DNA of 64,000 nt. Origin: a virus. Positions 1 through 9,246 of the stretch are shown here, in pieces. The notes under the pieces are model-generated. The model searched no databases, had not been told where the DNA came from, and was given only the letters and a program-made list of their open reading frames with translations. Within the stretch, counting starts at the first letter, position 1. The number at the start of each line of letters is the position of its first letter. Made by a program: the position numbers and the translations under genes. Location: positions 46,011 to 110,010 of the IMG/VR virus record IMGVR_UViG_3300025098_000019. The stretch is one strand, 5' to 3'.

Positions 1-488
1 GCTGTGTTTAATACCTTAACAAACTGTTCATACCAATTAGTATTAGTGCTGTCGTTCCATAATATAGTTTGACCTTGCAAGTTTCTACCATTTGAATCAA
101 TAACGTCTTCAGTTGTACTAACACTAGTGATTTTTAGTAAGCCGTTTGCTGCTTGATTTCTACGAGGATTATAATTAAGTAAACGTGCTAAACGGAGAAC
201 ACTTTCTCTACGCTCTGCAAGTTCTAAAAAGTTTTCTCTAGCATTTAGGTCAATACGGAAAGCAAGGTTTTGACCTAAGAAAGCAATCAAGTCAATTAGT
301 GCTAGATATTCGCTTGATTCTATATAGTCGTTAAAATCCTCAGGATAATTAGTCCTAAGGTAGTTGATCATTGTTCGACGTAAATTGTCAAAGTCGTATG
401 ATTGAAAATCTGCGTTGCGGAAGGTTTGGTATACACGCTTCCAATCTTCTGCAACTAGTAATCTATTCTGTCTATCTGTCGCTGACAT
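1..488 (-). CDS. gp6: Baseplate wedge subunit gp6-like, N-terminal part (runs off the window start)
   Basis: Not in the ORF track; hand translation from ATG at 488 gives MSATDRQNRLLVAEDWKRVYQTFRNADFQSYDFDNLRRTMINYLRTNYPEDFNDYIESSEYLALIDLIAFLGQNLAFRIDLNARENFLELAERRESVLRLARLLNYNPRR, typical of the gp6 N-terminus (DFD...F.DY...E.FL..A..R.SV...A..L.Y.P). RBS GAGG upstream; adjacent to gp25. Confidence 0.85.
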   Translation of the reverse strand, partial: MSATDRQNRLLVAEDWKRVYQTFRNADFQSYDFDNLRRTMINYLRTNYPEDFNDYIESSEYLALIDLIAFLGQNLAFRIDLNARENFLELAERRESVLRLARLLNYNPRRNQAANGLLKITSVSTTEDVIDSNGRNLQGQTILWNDSTNTNWYEQFVKVLNT

Positions 489-508
489 GTGCTTTCCTCG
501 TTATAATG

Positions 509-515
509 TATTTAT
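509..515 (-). promoter_or_regulatory. T4-type late promoter (ATAAATA) for gp6
   Basis: Matches the TATAAATA late consensus, ~20 nt upstream of the start codon; the genome encodes gp55. Confidence 0.6.
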
Positions 516-540
516 TCAATTTAAAATATGCGTATATAAC

Positions 541-987
541 TTAGGAAAGTAATCCGTTGTCTTGATCAAACTGTAACCGCATAGTTTCAGCTATACTGTA
601 ATTTAAGTAAACTAACACACATTCTATTTGTAAACCGCTTTCGTATTCTTCTACTATTACTTGATCAGCTTGTACTCTTGGATCGTAATTAATAATATCT
701 TCTACATTTTCAACAATAGCAGCTTTAAGATTCTCAGTTAACGGATCAAATAAAACGTCCCAAATAATTGTTCCAAATTCAGGTTGTTCTAATTTTTCAC
801 CTTGCCGTATGTGAAAATGATTTATTATGTCTTGTTTGATAACTGCAAGATCATATAATTTGTTACCAATATTTTCGTTGCTAACTGAACTAATCGATCT
901 GTACGTAGCAGACGATGATGGTTTTTGCTGACTTTGTGGTACATCAACAATTACCCGTTTATATAAGTTTTTTTCTAAAGTGCTCAT
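541..987 (-). CDS. gp25: Baseplate wedge subunit gp25-like
   Basis: IKQDIINHFHIRQGEKLEQPEFGTIIWDVLFDPL...INYDPRV is the gp25/GPW signature; lies between the gp5-like and gp6 genes. Confidence 0.9.
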   Translation of the reverse strand: MSTLEKNLYKRVIVDVPQSQQKPSSSATYRSISSVSNENIGNKLYDLAVIKQDIINHFHIRQGEKLEQPEFGTIIWDVLFDPLTENLKAAIVENVEDIINYDPRVQADQVIVEEYESGLQIECVLVYLNYSIAETMRLQFDQDNGLLS

Positions 988-991
988 AACG

Positions 992-998
992 TATTTAT
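992..998 (-). promoter_or_regulatory. Late promoter ATAAATA 4 nt upstream of the gp25 ATG (leaderless)
   Basis: Minus strand reads ATAAATA-CGTT-ATG; no Shine-Dalgarno. Confidence 0.55.
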
Positions 999-999
999 G

Positions 1000-3387
1000 T
1001 TAAACAATTTGTCCAGTTTGTTTAGCATTCCTTAATGCTGCTACTAATTCTTCAGTAGATATTAATGACTTATTCAGCCCATCGCCTGAGTAATAACTTT
1101 CTCCAGGATTTACAATTCGCTGTGATCCTTGTGTTTTATTAATTACAGGCATACTTGCCCATTCTTGAGCAATACTTTTTGCCATTGCTGCTTCTGACTT
1201 TGTACCTTTAATAAAATCGTTAATTTTTCTTCTACTTAATAATTCCTTGGCTGCTCTATCTTGGGCATCTTGATTAAATAATTCATCTTCGGATATTGCT
1301 ACTCCAATAAGGCTTTTAAGTGTCTTTCTAATAAACTGATATCTTCCAACAGCAGAGCTTGCTGAGCCAGCTGCAACACTGTCATCTTGCCACTGTTGAA
1401 CTTCTGCTACTGTCATCTGTATAAGCGGCTTAGGTGTTGATATTTTAGATCCACTGTAAATAGTATTATACCCAGAACTTTCTGCATTTCCGATAACATC
1501 TAGTAAGTTTCCAAACGCTCCAACAGCAGAATAGTTTGCTGGAGGGAAGTTGTTTGGACTAGATGTTACTTGTGATGTTCCGCTTCTAGCTGTAGTTGTT
1601 GCAGTACCTGTCGCAGATCCGCCTGTTCCGCTAAAGTTAGCTGTGTTTAGACTTTTTCTAAAAGTATCAACTGCATTTATAAGGGAACCTGATTGTGTTG
1701 AATTGGTATTTAATACATCAGTTTGGATTGGCTTAAATGCCATTGGATTTAAGTTTTCATGATGTGGCCAAGGTTCGTGGCTTGGCATACGTTTTACTAT
1801 TGACGAAACATCAGATGCTACAGTTGTTCCAGGAGTTACTTTTGGAACAGCATGTGTGTTTAACGGTACAACTGGTGTTGCATCCTCTGCGTCTGTTGAT
1901 GCTGTAGCAGGAGTAACGTCTCCGCTATTCATATTAATGTTTACACCTTGCTGTTCTATATTCGCCGAGGCTTTAATATTAACGGCGCCTTCTGATGCAG
2001 AAAGATACGTATTTTTACCACTAGCATGTAGATTGGCATCTGTGTTTACATGTAAATCATCCACTGCTTTAATATGTCCTTGTACATCTGCTAATATGTA
2101 TAAATTTGCATTTGTATGATGATGAATATCGCCTTCAACTAAAGTTTTTTGGTATCCAGTAACTTTAGTTTCTTGATATCCTGCAACTTCAGTTTTCATA
2201 TTTTGTTCAACAAGTATATTAGTATCGTATTTGCTTTCTATTTGTACATTGCCGCTTGTTCCGCCTTCGGCAGATCCGTTAGTTGCTCTTGCACTTGCAC
2301 GAATATTAACATTTCGGCCGCCTTCAATATTAACATCTCTATCAGCACTTAAATTAATATCTGCATCGCTATGTATACTAATACTATCTGATCCGTAAAT
2401 ATCTATTTTACCATCACTGGTTAATTCTACCCATGCTGTGCCACGAGAATTACCAATATAAACAAAGTCTTCTGTGTTGTGCATTACAATTTGATGGCCT
2501 GTTCGTGTTCTAAAACGTACTAGCTCATTGTGAAGTAATGTTCTATCGCCGTTTTTTTCGCCGGCTTCAACATTTACATAATCTGGAGGTCCTTCACTAG
2601 CATGTGTTTTTCGTATTAGTGTATTATCTCCGTCATCCATTACAAAACTTGAACCTCCAAGTCTGTTAACAAATACACTTTGCGACCCAGGTCCAGCTGC
2701 TAAACCTCTTAGTGAAAAATCACGTTTATCTACTGGTCCAGGAGTGCTTATTCCAAAAACACTGCTAGGTACTTCTCGCCTAGCACTTGTCGAAGTTGTT
2801 CCTCTATTATCGTCGTTTAAAAGACCTTGGACTTCTAATACTTGTGTAAAATCTTTATTGTATGGTTTTGGAAATTTAGTTGGATCTCTTGCTTCGCCTT
2901 TTTCGATGTACTTGTTATATTCACCAACAGGAAGTTTTTGTCCTTTTATATTATTCGGTGTTCCGTCGGTTGTAATTGTTGTACTGGCTTTACCGTCAGG
3001 CACCATAAAATTCATATGTTTATCTTGTATACAACCTATCCAATAACCTTGTGATACATCGCCTTCAGCAAAAATTACTAATACTCTTGCGCCTGGATCT
3101 GGCGGAACTGCCCAAAACCCATAGCTTTTTTGAGAACTTGCATAACCGTCATTTGGTGTTGTATGGTTAGGATTTGTTACTCCATAAAATGGGCTGAGGT
3201 ATTTTACTATAACACTAGTACCTATTTTATTAGGTATTGAACCTGAGCTGCCTCCTTTGAGTATATCTACTTTTAAACTTCCCATATAATGAGGGTCAAG
3301 GTTACTAACCACAACTGCTTCATATGGTCCAGGTCCTATTGATTTTTCTAATTTTTCTCTATTAGTTCTTTTACTTTCGCCGGACAT
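1000..3387 (-). CDS. gp5: Baseplate central spike gp5/VgrG-like with C-terminal lysozyme-like domain
   Basis: N-terminal OB-fold motifs (VVSNLDP...GSLKV, PPDPGARVLVIFAEGD...YWIG); RTRTGHQIVM and beta-helix repeats (ETKVTGYQKTLVEGD); C-terminal LLDVIGNAESSGYN...SSAVGRYQFI...QD lambda/GH104-like muramidase motif. Confidence 0.8.
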   Translation of the reverse strand: MSGESKRTNREKLEKSIGPGPYEAVVVSNLDPHYMGSLKVDILKGGSSGSIPNKIGTSVIVKYLSPFYGVTNPNHTTPNDGYASSQKSYGFWAVPPDPGARVLVIFAEGDVSQGYWIGCIQDKHMNFMVPDGKASTTITTDGTPNNIKGQKLPVGEYNKYIEKGEARDPTKFPKPYNKDFTQVLEVQGLLNDDNRGTTSTSARREVPSSVFGISTPGPVDKRDFSLRGLAAGPGSQSVFVNRLGGSSFVMDDGDNTLIRKTHASEGPPDYVNVEAGEKNGDRTLLHNELVRFRTRTGHQIVMHNTEDFVYIGNSRGTAWVELTSDGKIDIYGSDSISIHSDADINLSADRDVNIEGGRNVNIRASARATNGSAEGGTSGNVQIESKYDTNILVEQNMKTEVAGYQETKVTGYQKTLVEGDIHHHTNANLYILADVQGHIKAVDDLHVNTDANLHASGKNTYLSASEGAVNIKASANIEQQGVNINMNSGDVTPATASTDAEDATPVVPLNTHAVPKVTPGTTVASDVSSIVKRMPSHEPWPHHENLNPMAFKPIQTDVLNTNSTQSGSLINAVDTFRKSLNTANFSGTGGSATGTATTTARSGTSQVTSSPNNFPPANYSAVGAFGNLLDVIGNAESSGYNTIYSGSKISTPKPLIQMTVAEVQQWQDDSVAAGSASSAVGRYQFIRKTLKSLIGVAISEDELFNQDAQDRAAKELLSRRKINDFIKGTKSEAAMAKSIAQEWASMPVINKTQGSQRIVNPGESYYSGDGLNKSLISTEELVAALRNAKQTGQIV

Positions 3388-6300
3388 TACTGCGGGCCTC
3401 CTGTATTTGGATCTGATTCTTCAGGTGTTGTTGGTAGTGTAGTAGTAGGTTGATATGTTGCATTATAATTTTGATATGCTGCTAATACCTTGCTTCCAGT
3501 GTTATAACTATATAAGTTATCATTCACGTCTGTAGGCAAGTACTGGCGCAATACATCTCCAAATCCGCCTTGTATTTGATTGCTTACTTGTAGTCGTTGT
3601 GTTACTGGCTGTGTCCCTGACACAGTTGGTTGACTTTCAACTGTTTGTTGTGCAGCAGTTTTTACTGTGCCATCTGCATTGTGTGTTTGGCCATATTTTG
3701 CGTTCCATGCTGCCAGTGCTTTACCTTCCAAACCCAAACTAATTCTAGGTGCAACAGGTTGTAATGTTGGAACTTTAGCACTTGTTGATCCAATCTGTTC
3801 ACGTCCTCTTGGGTCGTTATCATCTAATTGGGTACTTGCATTATCACTTGTTTGTGCTTGTGGTGGACTTCCATCCTCTGGTAAAGGCGGTTCTTGATCA
3901 GGTGCTTTAGGTATTAATCCGTTGCGCGGCCAGTCTAGCGTTCCTCCTTCAAAAGATGCTGCTGAGAAGTGCATAGCATCAACAGAACTTTTCCAGTTGC
4001 CTCCCCATCCAAGTCCGTGTTTCTTAGCAAGTGCTAACATTTCATTTCCGGTTCCGTCTTCAGGCATGTCTGTAGGTTCGCCGCTCGGAAGTGGTTGCGG
4101 CCTTGGTCTTTTATAAGCATTTTCTGCGGAATTAATATCTATTGCTAGACCACTAGCATGATAACTTGGTTTACTTGACCCGATTGACGTGCGGTTTACA
4201 TAGCCGCCTAATGTTCTAATTTCATAACCGTAAAAATCTTCAAGTTCGTCTATAAGAGCTTGAAACTGTTCTCCTACAATTTTTGCAACTTGTGTTGTTT
4301 TTCCAGACTTAGTTGTAATAGTAACAAGTTCTCCATTTTTCTCCGACTGTAAAGGTCTAGCAATTCTTCTTGATGAATTAGGCGCAACTCTTTCTGTTGG
4401 ATCTTGACCAATCCTTTCTGCTAAAGGTCTTTCATTAGGGTTTAATGATTTAGATTGTGGATTTTCTACTAATGTCTTAGCTGTACTGATACCTTCGGTA
4501 CTTTGATTCTTTCTACGAAGTAAGTTTAACTTTTGTGTAAATTTATTACCTGATATACTTGTAGTTAATGTTAAAATTTTATACAATCCGCTAAAACTAT
4601 CTACCGGTATAGTGTCTCCTGGAAATTCCATTATTCCTGAATTCATACTATAGTCTATTGGGGTCCTAAAGTTAACTAAAATATCTACTTCGCTTCTTTG
4701 ATGATCAATACTACCGTCTGCTGTAATATTAATACTAGGTCCTTGTGCTGCTGTGTAGTTTCCTACACCGCTATCAGGTATATAAAAAGGGTCTCCCCAA
4801 ATTTCCAGTTCAGCAGTAATTAAATCTGCGTCACTATTTAAAAGTGTATTATGTAGTTGTCTAGCTAAGTTAGTTGCTGCTGTGGCATTAAAGTTATTGC
4901 TTGTAAATCCAACTTGGTTTACAGCTTGTGTTGTTCCTTCAGGTAACGATCCGCCTGAAGTATCAGGTGTTAACGTAGGTTCAGGTCCTTCAGCAGTTGA
5001 TTTGTCTCTACTACCATTTATTTGCGCACTGCTTAGTTGTCCTAAGTCTGCTCTCATAGCTTCAAAGAACGCTGCATTAAATTTAATTTCAAAACCTAAT
5101 ACGTCAGTGTTCATTCCGCTATAGATATAATTGTATGACTTAGGTGCTTGTTTTGCTAATGCAACATTGCCTTTTGTTGTTTTGTTAGGTGAACTAAATT
5201 GTGATACATTAACATCATACCTAACTACATCATATACAAAGATTCTTGCACTCTTACCTGTAATATTCTCAAAATCCGGATCGTCGATCATATACACTTT
5301 TGGTTCAACCTTAAACCAAGGTATATTTCCTTCTTCGTTTACTAAATCTAATGCTGATTTTCCGTATGTACTAACTAACACAATTTCTTCAATAATCTTA
5401 GTTATCGGAGTGCCTTGACTAAATTTAAAAGTTCTATTACTGTCACTGATTGTTAATTCAATACCATCTCTTTCATAAAGTTTTTTATCTTCATTCCAAG
5501 TGTATAAGCCTAAACCAAATGGCGAATCGCCGCTTGAATTTGTTCTATCTAACATTGGAGCTGCGCCAATTGGGTTAAGATCACTAACAGCACTACCTCG
5601 TAACACTCCTAATAAACTACTTGAATTTGTATCTAGTCCAATATTTGCAAAATAGTCTGTAATATTTCGTGCTGCGGCATCACTAATATCTGTACCAAGA
5701 CGTGAAGCAACAGATTCACGATCAGTAACTGTTGCTGAATTATCGGCTGCTGTTTTTGAATCACCTAACGTAGGATTTCCTGCATCTCTAGAAGTTGGAA
5801 ATCTAATAAGATAAAAGTCGCTTGTCGGCATGCCTGCACTTTGTGCAACTTCTTGTAATTTAGCATTCATTGATGTTGTAAGACTTTGCTCGCCCGCACA
5901 CAAACATTCAAAAACATTTGAACCTGTAATTTCAATAGTATCCTGTATGTTCATTATTTCGTTCATTAATGCAGATTCGTTCCAAGGTATACAATTAACA
6001 GTATATGTTGAGCCGCCTTTTTCAACATCAAACTCTACTGACATTAATTTAAAAGGAATTTTTCTATTTGAATACTTAATAGGTTCTGCTATACCGTTAT
6101 CGTTCCATCCTACGAAATCTAGTTCGAGCAAATAAGGTGCTTGCAGGTAATTTTGAAACCCTCCACTAAATGCTGCTGCTTGTAACGACTGTAGAAATAA
6201 TCCCATTGAATACGGTTCTTGCACTTGAAAAGAAAATTGCATAGACTGTGCTACACCTGCTTGTTTAGATGGAGCAATAACTGATTCAAGTTCAAAGTTA

Positions 6301-7058
6301 TCAATAAAGTATTCTAAATTTCCAGGTTCAAGTCCTAAAGCATCATACGCTGTTTGTATTCTCTTATCATCAATTCCGCCACCGCCTGATCTAAGTATAG
6401 TAAAATCGGCTCCGTTTTGTCTATACGAGTCTTGTGGGTTATTAATACTATTTGTCGAAAGTACACCTAGTGTAAAAATACAATTATAAGAGTGGTATGC
6501 TTCTAGCTGATTTTTTAAAACTGCACCAGGTCCTGGAGGATATGTTTCTGCTGTAGATGTTGATCCAATTTGAGAAGTTGATTGTAATGCAGTCTCGAGT
6601 ATTGTTTCAAGATCTATTATTGGTGTTGTTAATGATCCTATTTGTCCATAAACATCTTCTAGTGCTGCGGTTGCTGAATTTGCAAGTCCGGTCAACGATG
6701 AAACAGATCCAGGAAGAATATTAGTAACATAATCTTGTATTGCTGATCCAGTAGATGCTCCAAATCCGTTAGCAAACTTGTTTAATGACGGAGGAAATAT
6801 ATCTTTAAATTCGCCTGTTGGTGCAGCAAATTTAGACATTAATCCTTGAGGACCTTTAGCTATTAATTTTCCTACAGTGTCAACATTAGCAAATTGATTA
6901 TCTAGTACCTTTACCTGACTTGAAAAACTAGATGCTGTTGCACTTAACCCATTTTTCAAAGGACTAAAATCAGGAGTCTGAATATTTCCAAACGATCCAT
7001 CTGCTGCTTTGGCTAGAGCGGCTGTCTTGTTTTGTATTATCTTACTAGGATCTATCAT
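3387..7058 (-). CDS. Baseplate hub protein (gp27-like) with a C-terminal M15 family peptidase domain
   Basis: Sits between gp53 and gp5; hub-like motifs (AELEIWGDP, FSGLYKILTLTTSISGNKFTQKL); M15 zinc-peptidase motif R...SYHASGLAIDIN...WGGNW...DAMHF. Confidence 0.65.
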   Translation of the reverse strand: MIDPSKIIQNKTAALAKAADGSFGNIQTPDFSPLKNGLSATASSFSSQVKVLDNQFANVDTVGKLIAKGPQGLMSKFAAPTGEFKDIFPPSLNKFANGFGASTGSAIQDYVTNILPGSVSSLTGLANSATAALEDVYGQIGSLTTPIIDLETILETALQSTSQIGSTSTAETYPPGPGAVLKNQLEAYHSYNCIFTLGVLSTNSINNPQDSYRQNGADFTILRSGGGGIDDKRIQTAYDALGLEPGNLEYFIDNFELESVIAPSKQAGVAQSMQFSFQVQEPYSMGLFLQSLQAAAFSGGFQNYLQAPYLLELDFVGWNDNGIAEPIKYSNRKIPFKLMSVEFDVEKGGSTYTVNCIPWNESALMNEIMNIQDTIEITGSNVFECLCAGEQSLTTSMNAKLQEVAQSAGMPTSDFYLIRFPTSRDAGNPTLGDSKTAADNSATVTDRESVASRLGTDISDAAARNITDYFANIGLDTNSSSLLGVLRGSAVSDLNPIGAAPMLDRTNSSGDSPFGLGLYTWNEDKKLYERDGIELTISDSNRTFKFSQGTPITKIIEEIVLVSTYGKSALDLVNEEGNIPWFKVEPKVYMIDDPDFENITGKSARIFVYDVVRYDVNVSQFSSPNKTTKGNVALAKQAPKSYNYIYSGMNTDVLGFEIKFNAAFFEAMRADLGQLSSAQINGSRDKSTAEGPEPTLTPDTSGGSLPEGTTQAVNQVGFTSNNFNATAATNLARQLHNTLLNSDADLITAELEIWGDPFYIPDSGVGNYTAAQGPSINITADGSIDHQRSEVDILVNFRTPIDYSMNSGIMEFPGDTIPVDSFSGLYKILTLTTSISGNKFTQKLNLLRRKNQSTEGISTAKTLVENPQSKSLNPNERPLAERIGQDPTERVAPNSSRRIARPLQSEKNGELVTITTKSGKTTQVAKIVGEQFQALIDELEDFYGYEIRTLGGYVNRTSIGSSKPSYHASGLAIDINSAENAYKRPRPQPLPSGEPTDMPEDGTGNEMLALAKKHGLGWGGNWKSSVDAMHFSAASFEGGTLDWPRNGLIPKAPDQEPPLPEDGSPPQAQTSDNASTQLDDNDPRGREQIGSTSAKVPTLQPVAPRISLGLEGKALAAWNAKYGQTHNADGTVKTAAQQTVESQPTVSGTQPVTQRLQVSNQIQGGFGDVLRQYLPTDVNDNLYSYNTGSKVLAAYQNYNATYQPTTTLPTTPEESDPNTGGPQ

Positions 7059-7061
7059 ATA

Positions 7062-7364
7062 TTAAACGCCTAAAACTTTTTTTAATTTATCTGGTGAAGG
7101 TAGATATATTTCTGTTCCTGCTATAAAATCAAAAACAGGATCTTTTATAGTATTCATATTTCGTTGTGCAAATACCCACCATAATTTAGGAGTACCATAA
7201 TAATCGTAAGATAGTAAATCAGGACGATATGTATATTGAGGTTCAATAGTATAAACGCTATCGTCAGCACTTTCTGGAACAGGACGTATTCTCAAAATAT
7301 CAAGTGCGCCTTGAGCAGTGTATCCTGTATTATTCCAAGGACTTGTTGTAGTATATGATGCCAT
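7062..7364 (-). CDS. gp53: Baseplate wedge protein gp53-like (LysM-like)
   Basis: YRPDLLSYDYYGTPKLWWVFAQRN...GTEIYLP is the gp53 motif. Confidence 0.8.
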   Translation of the reverse strand: MASYTTTSPWNNTGYTAQGALDILRIRPVPESADDSVYTIEPQYTYRPDLLSYDYYGTPKLWWVFAQRNMNTIKDPVFDFIAGTEIYLPSPDKLKKVLGV

Positions 7365-8263
7365 TAAATAAACCCTTGTCCGCTATTAATATAATTTCCA
7401 TTTACAAAACTGTTTAAATTAAATTCTGATACTCGTCTTCGTGAATAAGTAGGTTTCAGCGTTACTGAAATTTGACTCGACGTAGGCACCCATGTTGTAC
7501 CAGCATTACTATTTTCGTCTCCTTGAACAACAGGAGTAAGTAAAGGAGTTGCAATGTAATCTACGTCAGCTGGTAAATCAACTGTAAAGTTTGCTACTAC
7601 GCAAGGTACTTTGTTAAACACATAATCACCGTATCCGCTTAATTTTACTAGTGGAGGCGGAGCACCTGAGTTATCACCTTGTCCATAAAACATTTTAGTA
7701 ACACTTCTTAAGTAATGTACACATGCAACCCAATACTGGCCTTCTTCAGCAGTTTCAATATTAAATTCGCCTGTAATTACTATATCATCCGATACACTGT
7801 TATCATATATTTGGAATGGATAATTTGTATGTACTGGTTGTAAACTATTATAATTAGCACTATGGCTAACAATAATTGTTGGTGTGTAAGGAAAACAAAA
7901 TCCGCCTGTTTTTGTCAAAGGTGCAATAAGTCCTGCACCTGATAGTGATGGCGGAATACTAAGTTTTACCCTCCAATCAGTATCTTTAGTTGCTTTACTA
8001 AATGATGCTGATGCTTCGCTTTTAACTTGGCCAGTATCTGGCTTAGGTAAATTTGCTCCTCTTGACTCTTTTGCAAAACCAAAGGAACTAAACAATTCGT
8101 TTGCAACGTCATTGATTGCAGAGTCAATAGCACCTATGCCCGTTTTTAAGTTATTACCTACAAAATTCTTCACAGATGCTTCTGCTTCATTTGCAAAGTT
8201 ACCAGCTGTATTTTTTATAATATTTCTACCGATGGATTTTGGGTCAAAAAGTGCCATAATCAT
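7364..8263 (-). CDS. Baseplate tail-tube initiator/cap-like protein (gp48/gp54 class)
   Basis: Tube-protein fold motifs FPYTPTI, PPPLVKLSGYG..VFNKVPCVVANFTVD and VPTSSQISVTL; immediately upstream of gp53. Confidence 0.6.
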   Translation of the reverse strand: MIMALFDPKSIGRNIIKNTAGNFANEAEASVKNFVGNNLKTGIGAIDSAINDVANELFSSFGFAKESRGANLPKPDTGQVKSEASASFSKATKDTDWRVKLSIPPSLSGAGLIAPLTKTGGFCFPYTPTIIVSHSANYNSLQPVHTNYPFQIYDNSVSDDIVITGEFNIETAEEGQYWVACVHYLRSVTKMFYGQGDNSGAPPPLVKLSGYGDYVFNKVPCVVANFTVDLPADVDYIATPLLTPVVQGDENSNAGTTWVPTSSQISVTLKPTYSRRRVSEFNLNSFVNGNYINSGQGFI

Positions 8264-8278
8264 ATCTCCTATTATACT

Positions 8279-8284
8279 TATTTA
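8279..8284 (-). promoter_or_regulatory. Late promoter TAAATA for the baseplate operon
   Basis: Late consensus core upstream of the 8263 gene; back-to-back with a sigma70 promoter. Confidence 0.5.
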
Positions 8285-8285
8285 G

Positions 8286-8314
8286 TTGACATAATTAAGT
8301 ATGTAGTTTATAAT
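8286..8314 (+). promoter_or_regulatory. Perfect sigma70-type promoter for gp55
   Basis: TTGACA (8286-8291), 17-nt spacer, TATAAT (8309-8314). Confidence 0.85.
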
Positions 8315-8341
8315 ATGTTTATACTAACTGGAGATATTCAA

Positions 8342-9193
8342 TTGAGAAAACGAAATTACCTAAATAACAAAGATATTCTATCTGAAATACACAAATCAAA
8401 GAGCACATACTGTAGCTTTATTGAACCTGAACATGCACAGTTTGACATCATTTTACTAGATGTTGACAAAATAAACATAAGAACTATAGCCGAAGCAAAG
8501 CGAAACAAAGCAAAACGTCTTAGTACTGCGGATTACGAAGCAAGAAGAATGGCTGGAGAAAAAGTTAAGCAAGCAGAATGCGAAGTTGACTATAGAAAAA
8601 TTACTAAAGAAGAGCTAATTTTCCGTGTTATGACGTTTGATCATATCCCAGAAGAGCCAGGAAGAAAAAAGAACCCAAAGACCATTGCTGACACAAAAGT
8701 AAAGCTAAACTTTCCACCATTCCACCATTACAAGTTTGACGAAGACGGAGTCTTGCAATTAGTAGGAAAAAGTCACTGGGAAGGCGGCATGCAAAACGGT
8801 GCTTTCAATCATAAACACGGAAAAGCAACAAATACACTTGCTACTATGTGGTTAAAGTTAGTTGACAGATATGCTACCCGAGGCAATGTACGTGGTTACA
8901 CATACAATGACGAAATGAAAGGTCAAGCAATACTCCAGTTAGCACAGATTGGCTTACAGTTTGACGAATCAAAGTCAAACAATCCATTTGCATATTACAC
9001 AGCAGCCGTTACTAACAGTTTTGTACGTGTTATTAACATTGAAAAACGTAATCAAAACATTAGAGACGACATTCTTGAGATGAACGATCTTAATCCTAGT
9101 TACACTCGACAACACCAAGGTGAATGGGAAGCTTCTGTTAAAAGAAACGAAGAAGCAGGATTTTCTATACACAAAGACACAAAAACCGGTTGA
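8342..9193 (+). CDS. gp55: Late transcription sigma factor gp55
   Basis: NYLNNKD at the N-terminus; NVRGYTYNDEM...FDESKSNNPFAYYT...SFVRVINIEKR is the gp55 signature. The start is more likely TTG at 8342 (GGAGA RBS at 8330) than ATG 8315, which abuts the -10 box. Confidence 0.9.
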   Translation: MRKRNYLNNKDILSEIHKSKSTYCSFIEPEHAQFDIILLDVDKINIRTIAEAKRNKAKRLSTADYEARRMAGEKVKQAECEVDYRKITKEELIFRVMTFDHIPEEPGRKKNPKTIADTKVKLNFPPFHHYKFDEDGVLQLVGKSHWEGGMQNGAFNHKHGKATNTLATMWLKLVDRYATRGNVRGYTYNDEMKGQAILQLAQIGLQFDESKSNNPFAYYTAAVTNSFVRVINIEKRNQNIRDDILEMNDLNPSYTRQHQGEWEASVKRNEEAGFSIHKDTKTG

Positions 9194-9218
9194 CTTTTAT
9201 AGTATTTGACCTTATAAT
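9190..9218 (+). promoter_or_regulatory. Sigma70-type promoter for the gp47-gp46-hemE-hemC operon
   Basis: TTGACT, 17 nt, TATAAT. Confidence 0.75.
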
Positions 9219-9246
9219 TAATAAGAGTGAATAGAGGAATCTAAAT

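Noticed and set aside
8315-8341. ATG start at 8315 for gp55
   Set aside because: It lies directly against the -10 box, upstream of the likely TSS; TTG at 8342 has a GGAGA RBS.
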